This document shows positions 8,141 through 15,300 of a DNA stretch of 45,508 nucleotides, one piece after another; position 1 is the stretch's first letter, and every line of letters begins with the position of its first letter. The DNA lies in contig DAIQQE010000002.1 of assembly GCA_036786905.1 (NCBI GenBank), forward strand, positions 1 to 45,508, in the 5' to 3' direction. Under the pieces are notes generated by a model. It did not search any database. It had not been told where the DNA came from and was given only the letters and a program-made list of their open reading frames with translations. A program made the position numbers and the translations under genes. The DNA comes from Candidatus Nezhaarchaeales archaeon (GTDB taxonomy: Archaea; Thermoproteota; Methanomethylicia; Nezhaarchaeales; WYZ-LMO8).

Positions 8141-8419
8141 TTACTGACTCCTCATCTTGACTGCTATCGCCTTAGTCTTGCTGGGCTTGTAAAAGGCACA
8201 ATTGGACCTGATCTCTAGTCCCAGCTTACATCTCCCCATGCCGTAGTACTTGCAAATGTGACACCTCAAATCACACCACCCCCGAGGGGGTTGGTCTCTG
8301 AGCGGTATTTGATCGCGAGAAGGCCTCTTAGGGCTTGGCACAACCCCTGTGCGCTCTCGCTTTGTGAACGGATAGACCCCTCTTGCTCTCGAACTTCTTG
8401 CCACAAACTTCGCACGCAT
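8141..8419 (-). CDS. Cys-rich ORF (+1 frame relative to the zinc-finger ORF). Only the part downstream of about 8332 looks coding.
   Basis: 92-aa ORF. The N-terminal 30 aa are the out-of-frame translation of the zinc-finger ORF. The C-terminal part has WCDLRCHICKYYGMGRCKLGLEIRSNCAFY (C-x3-C-x2-C-x7-C-x10-C) and a basic tail. Confidence 0.35.
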   Translation of the reverse strand: MRAKFVARSSRARGVYPFTKRERTGVVPSPKRPSRDQIPLRDQPPRGWCDLRCHICKYYGMGRCKLGLEIRSNCAFYKPSKTKAIAVKMRSQ

Positions 8420-8426
8420 AGGACAT
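8328..8426 (-). CDS. C2H2 zinc-finger micro-protein (32 aa); possibly the N-terminal part of a frameshifted longer protein
   Basis: Not in the ORF track (too short). ATG at 8426 gives MSYACEVCGKKFESKRGLSVHKARAHRGCAKP*. This matches the classical Y-x-C-x2-C-x3-F-x5-L-x2-H-x4-H TFIIIA-type finger. TAA at 8330-8328. Confidence 0.5.
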   Translation of the reverse strand: MSYACEVCGKKFESKRGLSVHKARAHRGCAKP

Positions 8427-8541
8427 GAGGGGTCACCCTAGGTGACTTCCTCGACTCCAAACTTTCAAAGCAAAGCGTTAAAAATTTATCTCATTTACGG
8501 TTAAGGTTGCATCGACCTCCTTTGGCGAGGGGTCTTGGCCC

Positions 8542-9273
8542 TTGTACTTCGACGCCCACTGCCACCTCCACGAGTTTAACGAGGAGGAGGTAAAGGGGTT
8601 CAGGGGCTACGTCATAGCCGCAGTCTCAGACGACGTCGAGTCCTCTAAGAAGACCATGAAAATGGCCCAGGAGCGAGAGAACGTGGTACCTTGCTTCGGT
8701 ATACATCCCTGGGTCGTAGACAAAGCCTCGCTGAGCGACGTGGACGAGATAGAGGCGTTGGTGTCGAGGACTAAGCTCTGCGCCCTCGGGGAGGTGGGCC
8801 TCGACAAGAGATTCGTCCCCCAAACTTTCTCCAAGCAGGTGAAATTCTTCGAAGAGTTCGTGAAGATGGCCGTTGAGTACGGGGTCCCGCTCAACGTCCA
8901 CGCGGCGGGCGCTTGGCGCGAGGTCTACGAGGTCCTCTTAAAGAGGGACGTGGAGAAGGCCTTGATCCACTGGTACACGGGACCCCTCGACCTGCTGGAG
9001 GAGATCACCTCCAAGGGCTACTTCATATCGATAAACCCGGCACTAGAGGTGCAGAAGAGGCACTTGATGGTCGCGGTCGAGGTCGACTTAAGGAGGGTCT
9101 TGGTGGAGAGCGACGGGCCCTACGAGTACAGGGGGCTAAAGCTCACGCCAAAGCTAATACCAAAGGCGCTCGAGAGCTTGGCTAAGGCTAGGGGGCTGAG
9201 CTTCGAGGGGCTGAGGTCGATCGTGGAGAGCAACTTTAGAGCCTTCTTCGGCTTCGCGAAGAGTGCTTTCTAA
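8542..9273 (+). CDS. tatD: TatD-family metal-dependent hydrolase/DNase
   Basis: YFDAHCHLHEF N-terminal His motif, GEVGLD, NVHA, ESDGPY motifs typical of TatD. TTG start. Confidence 0.85.
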   Translation: MYFDAHCHLHEFNEEEVKGFRGYVIAAVSDDVESSKKTMKMAQERENVVPCFGIHPWVVDKASLSDVDEIEALVSRTKLCALGEVGLDKRFVPQTFSKQVKFFEEFVKMAVEYGVPLNVHAAGAWREVYEVLLKRDVEKALIHWYTGPLDLLEEITSKGYFISINPALEVQKRHLMVAVEVDLRRVLVESDGPYEYRGLKLTPKLIPKALESLAKARGLSFEGLRSIVESNFRAFFGFAKSAF

Positions 9274-9299
9274 AGATGGCCCTCAAGGCTGCACGTCGT

Positions 9300-10175
9300 T
9301 CAAAAGAGGACGGCGTACTCCTCAGCCAGCTGATGAGCGTCTTCGACCTTCACTGGATCTCTTATGTCTAAGTAAGCTGCATGGCCATTGAAGTAGGGAG
9401 GGCCCTTCCTCGAGAAAACAGTTATCAGCCTGCCGCTGTGGAGAACCTCGTAACCCTCACAGGGCTCGTGGGCCCTCACAACCGCTTTGACGCCCAAGGT
9501 CTTCAAGAACCTCTCGGTCACATCGGGGCCGAAGAGGAGGCCAGCTCCTCTAGGCGAGGGCTCTACGCCTCTGTAGCTCATGGGGTCATTCCATAGAAGC
9601 TCTTCGAGGAGAGCCAGCTCTTGGCTGGCCCTCGCCAGAGAGCCCAAAGTGACCGACCGAGCGGGGACGCCTCCGTGGACCATGAATAGAGCGCCCTCCA
9701 TGATCGAGCAAGCGTAGAGCTCTCTGAAGCACAGCATTACGGAGTAGTAGACGTCTCTCCAAGAGTCTCTGTACAGGCTCCTCAAGTGGAGCGGAAAGTC
9801 GTGTGGGTATACCGGTAGCTCTGGAGGGCCTTCGTGATTGCCCATCAGCAACAGGACCGAGGAAGGGTTTTTGAGCTTAGCGCTCAGGATCTCGTAGACC
9901 ACTTGCGGCGACTGCTCTCCTCTGTCTATGTAGTCTCCGAGGAACACCAAGAGGGCCTCCTTCGGGTCCACCCTAGACAGTATCTTGGCCAAGCTCTCGT
10001 AGTCTCCGTGTATGTCTCCAATGACCACCAGCCTCCTCACGTCGTGCTTTATCTTCGCTAGGGAGCCATGCGACTCGTACCTGCCTACATCGACCTTTCT
10101 CCTCTCATCTTTCAACAAGGCCCTGACCCTCGAGGCCAGCTCAATGAACTCCTCAGCTGTGGGCGCGAAAGCCAT
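9300..10175 (-). CDS. Ser/Thr protein phosphatase, PPP family (PP1-arch type metallophosphoesterase)
   Basis: GDIHGD, GDYIDRG and GNHE motifs in canonical order and spacing. Confidence 0.85.
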   Translation of the reverse strand: MAFAPTAEEFIELASRVRALLKDERRKVDVGRYESHGSLAKIKHDVRRLVVIGDIHGDYESLAKILSRVDPKEALLVFLGDYIDRGEQSPQVVYEILSAKLKNPSSVLLLMGNHEGPPELPVYPHDFPLHLRSLYRDSWRDVYYSVMLCFRELYACSIMEGALFMVHGGVPARSVTLGSLARASQELALLEELLWNDPMSYRGVEPSPRGAGLLFGPDVTERFLKTLGVKAVVRAHEPCEGYEVLHSGRLITVFSRKGPPYFNGHAAYLDIRDPVKVEDAHQLAEEYAVLF

Positions 10176-10253
10176 CTCAGAGCACTACCTCGCGGTTAAG
10201 TGTTAATTACAGGTGGTTTCCAATTTATACCTGCGCACCAGGGGTTCCTAGCG

Positions 10254-10736
10254 ATGAAGGAGGGCTTGGACCCATTCAAGGTGAGGAAGGAGCTCAAGGG
10301 CGACGCCCGCAGGCTCTTCTTCTACCTCTCTCAGAGGATTAGCGGGTACACGATCGACGAGATCAAGTACTTCAGCGGATTCTCGAACAAAGCACTGATA
10401 AACCGCTGCTTGGCGGAGATGAAGAGGCTCGGGATAGTGGAGAAGCAGGACGACAAGTACTACGTGCCCAGGCCAATAGCCGAGGCTGTGGGCTTCGCCT
10501 TTAAGCACTACGTCAAAGTAGGAGACAAGCTCATCGCGAGAGGCTTCGTGAGCGCGATTGCCTACGCGATCTTCTTGCTAATATTCACCGCCGCGTACCC
10601 AGCAGCCATCTCAACGCTACCCTGGGGCTTGGTCTTCACCCTACTCTTCGCAGCCATTGGGGTCTACGAGGTCTTCAGGATGAGGGGCTTGGTTAAGATG
10701 TTGAGAACTGCTAACACCGGCGAGGCCAAGCCATAA
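10254..10736 (+). CDS. Membrane-anchored winged-helix protein (putative transcription regulator)
   Basis: ATG at 10254 within ORF 10200..10736. N-terminal wHTH-like segment (YTIDEIKYFSGFSNKALINRCLAEMKRLGIVEKQDDKYYV). Two C-terminal hydrophobic spans (FVSAIAYAIFLLIFTAAY; WGLVFTLLFAAIGVYEVF). Confidence 0.6.
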   Translation: MKEGLDPFKVRKELKGDARRLFFYLSQRISGYTIDEIKYFSGFSNKALINRCLAEMKRLGIVEKQDDKYYVPRPIAEAVGFAFKHYVKVGDKLIARGFVSAIAYAIFLLIFTAAYPAAISTLPWGLVFTLLFAAIGVYEVFRMRGLVKMLRTANTGEAKP

Positions 10737-10853
10737 CCGCAGGACGGTTCAGCTAAATGGAGCCGTCGATTTAGAGCCCGCCACGCCCAAAGTCCTTCGT
10801 GCGCCCGAGAAAAATTTAAGATGTTTCCAAGTGAAAATGCTTGAAGCGGCCAA

Positions 10854-10940
10854 GCCCCGGTAGCTCAGTCTGGTTAGAGCACTGCCTTGGTATCCAGTCC
10901 AAAGAGGCAGGGGTCGCGGGTTCGAATCCCGCCCGGGGCT
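10854..10940 (+). tRNA. tRNA-Thr(GGT) with a 12-nt canonical-position intron (10893..10904)
   Basis: Acceptor GCCCCGG/CCGGGGC, discriminator T. D-arm GCTC..AGC. Anticodon stem CTGCC/GGCAG, loop TTGGTA|A. T-arm GCGGG-TTCGAAT-CCCGC. BHB central helix TTGG (10887-10890) pairs with CCAA (10899-10902), perfect. Confidence 0.85.
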
Positions 10941-11227
10941 TCAACCGCCCCAATAAATTAATTGAGGGGTCGCCGACATCTCCAAAGCGCCGGAACGTGG
11001 TTTGATCGCGTGCGAGAGCAGTCGTCCACCACTTGTCCTTTAACCAACGGACTTACAATACTGATGCGCTTTAGAGCCCCTTGGTTGAGCGGCAGACGGG
11101 CTCACTCAAGCTAGTGTCGGTCGCTTCCGCCGACCCTTGAGTCGAGGCCGCTCTACATATTGGACGTCGCACGCGCGCCGGAGAGGCGAAGTTTTATACT
11201 CAAAGTCGACTACACTGTAGGACGAAG

Positions 11228-12442
11228 GTGGGATTCGCCCCCATGAAAGAGGTTTTTGTGCTGGACTACCTGAGGACCCCCTTCTCGCGCTCTAGGCCGA
11301 GAGAGCCCGAGAGGGACGCCTTCTACCCCCTGAGGGGAGACGAGCTGGCTGCTATGTTAGTCAAAGAGGTGGTCAAGAGGAACAACATAGACCCCCGCCG
11401 TATCGACGAAGTCGTGGCCTGTTGCTCTCTCCCAGTTTGGGAGCAGTGGTCCTATGGTGGCAGGCACATAGTCTTCTTAGCCAACTTGCCTGAAACCGTC
11501 CCGGCTGTGTTCATGGACAAGCAGTGCGGCTCTTCCATGGTCGGCATCCACTACGGCGCGCTGAGAATAATGGCGGGCTACGCCGACCTCGTGATAGTGA
11601 CGGGCTATGAGCACATGACTAGAGTACCCATGGGGCAGAACCCTTGGATCTCCACGCCGCCAGACCTCTTGACCAAAGAGGAGTACAAGCACTGGGAGAT
11701 GGATGTAGGTTATGTTATGGGGCTGACGGCCGAGAGGCTCTTCGAAGAGGCCAATCAAAAGTACGGGATTACGAAGAGGGACATGGACGAGTGGGCCCTG
11801 AGGAGCCACGTGATGGCCACAAGGGCTCTCAAGGAGGGCTACTTCAAGGACGAGCTCATGCCCGTAGAGGTCACGTATCCTGACGGCTCTAAGCGAGTAG
11901 TAGACCACGACCTCAGCATAAGGCCTGATACCACTCTCGAGCAAATAGAGAAACTGCCCCCGGCTTTCAAGCCCGGTGGCGTGATAACAGCAGGCAACTC
12001 GTCACCGCTGAACGCGGGAGCTACGTGCATCGTGCTAGCATCAAAAGAGGCGGCTAGGGAGATAGGCAGAGAGCCCATGGCCAAGATAGTCTCCATGGGC
12101 ACCGCAGGAGTGCCGCCAGCGGTCATGGGCAAAGGCCCCGTACCAGCGAGCAGAGCAGCGTTGAAGCGCGCGGGCCTCGAGGTCAAGGACATAGACTTCT
12201 GGGAGATAAACGAGGCATTCGCGATAGTCGCCCTCTGGGCGATAAGGGAGCTCGGAGTCGACCCCGAGAGGGTCAACGTGAAGGGTGGGGCGATAGCCAT
12301 AGGCCACCCGCTCGGAGCGACGGGGGCGAGGCTCGTAGGAACGCTGGCGAGGATAATGGAGCTCGGGGATGGGAGGTACGGGCTGGCTACGGCCTGCATA
12401 GGTGGGGGCCAGGGGATAGCGACAATAATCGAGAGGGTGTAG
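11228..12442 (+). CDS. Acetyl-CoA C-acyltransferase (thiolase, class I/II type)
   Basis: 404 aa. Active-site regions MDKQCGSSM, GNSSPLNAGA, NVKGGAIAIGHPLGATG, ACIGGGQG. Start is GTG 11228 or ATG 11243. TATA-like GTTTTATACT at 11191-11200. Confidence 0.85.
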   Translation: MGFAPMKEVFVLDYLRTPFSRSRPREPERDAFYPLRGDELAAMLVKEVVKRNNIDPRRIDEVVACCSLPVWEQWSYGGRHIVFLANLPETVPAVFMDKQCGSSMVGIHYGALRIMAGYADLVIVTGYEHMTRVPMGQNPWISTPPDLLTKEEYKHWEMDVGYVMGLTAERLFEEANQKYGITKRDMDEWALRSHVMATRALKEGYFKDELMPVEVTYPDGSKRVVDHDLSIRPDTTLEQIEKLPPAFKPGGVITAGNSSPLNAGATCIVLASKEAAREIGREPMAKIVSMGTAGVPPAVMGKGPVPASRAALKRAGLEVKDIDFWEINEAFAIVALWAIRELGVDPERVNVKGGAIAIGHPLGATGARLVGTLARIMELGDGRYGLATACIGGGQGIATIIERV

Positions 12443-12710
12443 GCGTCGACAAGCTTCGACCGCTAAACGCCACAGAGCTCCTTTAGAGGCCGCTAGGCCA
12501 AACCCTCCTCTTGTAGGTCATCTGGGGCCAAATCGAGGGCCCGACCTGCGCGTATGAGAGTTTGGAGAGGGGGCTTTTGAGGGGGTGCACGAAGGGACGG
12601 CCGCGAAGGCCTTAGCTCACGACTTTGCGCGAACGGATCGACATATAAAGGACGATATATTAAGACAGTTCAGGGTCAAGGGCCTGCCCGTTAAGGCGGA
12701 GGAGTCGTTG

Positions 12711-13400
12711 ATGAGCGTTGAGGAGTGTAAGGACGTAGCCGCCAAGGCTGCCTTGCGCGAGGTACGCGATGGAATGGTGTTGGGGCTCGGGACCGGCTCC
12801 ACCGTGGAGCGCTTCGCGGCTCTCCTGAGCGACGAGGTCAAGAAGGGGGTGAAGGTCAAGGTCGTTCCGACGTCCTACCACTCCATGCAGATGGCCGCGA
12901 AGTACGGCCTCGAGGTCGTTTCCGCAGAGCTCGTGGACGGGATCGACTTGATCGTCGACGGAGCGGACGAAGTCGATCGGAGGCTCAACATGATCAAGGG
13001 AAGGGGGGCCGCTCTAGCAAGAGAGAAGGTCGTCGCCTGCATGGCCTTGAGGAGGGTGTACATAGTGAGCTACGACAAGCTGGTCGAAAAGCTGTGCTCT
13101 ACTAAGCCCATTCCGATAGAGGTCTTGCCCTTTGCGTACAAGTACGTCATTAAGAGAATCACGGAGCTTGGAGGAGATGCTGTGCTCAGAGAAGCTGGGA
13201 GGTTTAAAGACGGGCCGCTGGTGACGGACAACGGGAACTTCATAATCGACGCGCGATTCAAGCCCCTCGACAACCCCGAGGAGCTGGAGTCTAGGATCAA
13301 GATGATACCAGGCGTGGTCGAAGTGGGCCTCTTCTGCGGCATAGCGGACGTAGTCTACGTCGGATGGCCCGAGAGAGTCGAAGTCCTAACGAGGAGTTGA
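12711..13400 (+). CDS. rpiA: Ribose-5-phosphate isomerase A
   Basis: GLGTGSTV, DGADEVD, KGRGAALAREK motifs. ATG 12711 is preceded by GGAGGAG. TATA-like elements at 12642-12664 argue against the longer GTG 12585 ORF. Confidence 0.85.
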   Translation: MSVEECKDVAAKAALREVRDGMVLGLGTGSTVERFAALLSDEVKKGVKVKVVPTSYHSMQMAAKYGLEVVSAELVDGIDLIVDGADEVDRRLNMIKGRGAALAREKVVACMALRRVYIVSYDKLVEKLCSTKPIPIEVLPFAYKYVIKRITELGGDAVLREAGRFKDGPLVTDNGNFIIDARFKPLDNPEELESRIKMIPGVVEVGLFCGIADVVYVGWPERVEVLTRS

Positions 13401-13421
13401 GGACGAGGAACACTCGATAAG

Positions 13422-13429
13422 CTTTAAAG
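13422..13429 (+). promoter_or_regulatory. TATA-box candidate for tRNA-Met
   Basis: CTTTAAAG lies 26-33 nt upstream of the tRNA 5' end at 13455. Confidence 0.45.
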
Positions 13430-13454
13430 GGTTGAGGTCTTAGGTTAACTTGGT

Positions 13455-13577
13455 GCCGGGGTCGCCTAGGGGCCTAGGGCGCCGGACTCATAATCTCAAG
13501 ACGCGAGGCCAGAGGTGAAGTCCGGTTATCGCGGGTTCGAAAGGGGCGAGCCCCCGAGACTCCCGCCCCCGGCACCA
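13455..13577 (+). tRNA. tRNA-Met or Ile2 (anticodon CAT), elongator type, with two introns (13494..13520 in the anticodon loop; 13542..13560 in the T-loop); CCA encoded
   Basis: Acceptor GCCGGGG/CCCCGGC, A73. Anticodon stem CCGGA/TCCGG, loop CTCATAA. The T-arm GCGGG-TTCGAA|T-CCCGC is interrupted by a 19-nt insert forming a perfect hBHBh' (H TTCG/CGAG, bulges AAA and ACT, inner helix GGGG/CCCC, outer helix is the T-stem). Not an initiator (G1:C72, no GGG/CCC in the anticodon stem). Confidence 0.85.
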
Positions 13578-13831
13578 CTCCTACACGGCCCTGATCTACG
13601 GCTTTGAGTACTTCGTAGTCATTTGGGGCTCGGCCCTTCGCATGTCAGCTCGCAATAGGAGGGCTCCGACCGAGACTGAGGGCCTTTGCCCTCTATATCC
13701 TTAGAGCTTGAGGCGTCGAAGCCATGGACTTTGTTCGGCCTAGGACGCGAAACGGGGACTTAGTCGCTGGTCGATTTGTCGATTTATGGGCGTCTACGCC
13801 TTCTGCTCTACGTGCCCGCGTTTAGCCCGAG

Positions 13832-15136
13832 CTAGAGGCTTGAAGCGGCGTGGCCGCCCTTCAAGAAAGTCGCTACTTTCGCGGCCGCGCCGAGGGCCTC
13901 CGTCACGCTGTCCCTTACGTCCTTGGGGCATAAGACGCAACCGCAGACGAAGATGCCGGGAACTTGGGACTCGACGGGGTCCACTTTTTGATGCTTCTCC
14001 AGAGCGAAGCCGTACTCGTCGACTGGCAACTTCATCTTCTCCGCGAGCTCCTTCAGATCGCGCGGCGGGACTATGGGCACTGCTAGCGCTACCATGTCGT
14101 ACTCGTCTTCCCTAACCTCGCCAGTGAGCGTGTCCTCGGCCCGTACCACGAGCCTGCCGTCCTTGCCCTTGTATATCTCGGCAACCCTGCCGCGTATGAA
14201 TACGACGCCCGCCTCCTGCGCCTTCCAGTATAGATCCTCGTAGCCCTTCCCAGCGGCCCTGATGTCTATGTAGTAGACCGTCACGTCAAGCCCGAAGACC
14301 GTCTTCAAGACGTAGGCCAGCTTCACGGAGTACATGCAACATATCCTGCTACAGTAAGGCACGTGGTTCTTGTCCCTCGACCCAGCGCACAGCGCTAGCG
14401 CTATCCTGCGCACTTCACCTCCATCGGCTCTCCTCAATTGCCCACCAGCGGATTCGCTATTCGATATTAACCTCTCCAAGGCCATCATCGTTATCACGTC
14501 CTTGTAGACGCCGTACCCATAGCTCTCAAGCCTCTTCGCGTCGTAGAGGTCGTAGCCCAGCGCCAGTACTATCGCGCCCACGTTGAGGTCGATTGTCTTG
14601 CCGGCGTCCTCTAGGTTTATGGCCTTTGTCGGGCATACCTTCTCGCACTCTCCGCACTTAGTGCAGACGTCGAAGTCTATGGCGTAGGCGGGAGGCACCG
14701 CCTCTGGATACGCCAGGTATATGGCCTTCCTAGTCGAGAGGTTCTCATTGAACTCGTCCGGGACCTCCACTGGGCAAACCTGCGAGCACTTGCCGCACGC
14801 CGTGCACTTCCTCACGTCAACCCCCCTCGGCTTTACGTGCACTCGGACCCTGTAGTTGCCAGCGTGACCGCTGACTTCTTGCACCTCAGCAGAGGTCAGC
14901 AAGTCTATGTTCGGATGTCCCCAGACAGCGTCCATCTTGGGCTTTAAGAGGTCTCGGGCTTGATCGAGCGTCGGGAACACTCTCGTGAGCTTGGCCATGC
15001 TCCCGCCAATGGCGGGCTTCTTCTCGACGAGGTGCACCTTGATGCCCATCTTCGCGAGCTCCAAGGCCGCCGTTATCCCCGCGATGCCACCTCCGACGAC
15101 CAGGGCCTCTTCCACAGGCCTCGAGGCACACTCCAT
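13832..15136 (-). CDS. HdrA-like FAD/[4Fe-4S] flavoprotein (heterodisulfide reductase subunit A family, short form)
   Basis: VVGGGIAGITAALELAKMG dinucleotide fold. Inserted 2x ferredoxin motifs CTACGKCSQVCP and CTKCGECEKVCP. CSRICCMY. C-terminal GIFVCGC..PKD..S...A. Confidence 0.8.
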   Translation of the reverse strand: MECASRPVEEALVVGGGIAGITAALELAKMGIKVHLVEKKPAIGGSMAKLTRVFPTLDQARDLLKPKMDAVWGHPNIDLLTSAEVQEVSGHAGNYRVRVHVKPRGVDVRKCTACGKCSQVCPVEVPDEFNENLSTRKAIYLAYPEAVPPAYAIDFDVCTKCGECEKVCPTKAINLEDAGKTIDLNVGAIVLALGYDLYDAKRLESYGYGVYKDVITMMALERLISNSESAGGQLRRADGGEVRRIALALCAGSRDKNHVPYCSRICCMYSVKLAYVLKTVFGLDVTVYYIDIRAAGKGYEDLYWKAQEAGVVFIRGRVAEIYKGKDGRLVVRAEDTLTGEVREDEYDMVALAVPIVPPRDLKELAEKMKLPVDEYGFALEKHQKVDPVESQVPGIFVCGCVLCPKDVRDSVTEALGAAAKVATFLKGGHAASSL

Positions 15137-15300
15137 CGAGCTTTCTCCTCCACTACCAATTCGAGGCGTTAAAGACTTTCAAGCGGTGCACGTTTTAAAT
15201 TTTAGGTCGCTCCGTCTATTGAGGTCGCAAGGGAAAGTTTTTTAAGTTCATCAGCCCCTCCTTTACTCCGGATCCTTGATCGCGTTGAGGGGGCTAGGCG

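Noticed and set aside
8266-8460. 64-aa ORF on the - strand overlapping the zinc-finger locus
   Set aside because: It is the third frame of the same region, not protein-like, and runs through the promoter region.
10941-11227. Possible integrated-element border (att site) after tRNA-Thr; likewise after the other tRNAs
   Set aside because: No direct repeat of any tRNA 3' half and no integrase or other mobile-element gene were found in the window.
11839-12399. 186-aa ORF on the - strand (also 11477..11944 -)
   Set aside because: Antisense shadow of the thiolase gene; low-complexity Ser/Pro/Ala sequence.
13588-13682. GGCCC...GGGCC stem enclosing TGATCT and CTGA downstream of tRNA-Met
   Set aside because: The C-like box is poor (TGATCT) and 95 nt is too long for an archaeal C/D sRNA. 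It was kept only as a possible structured spacer.
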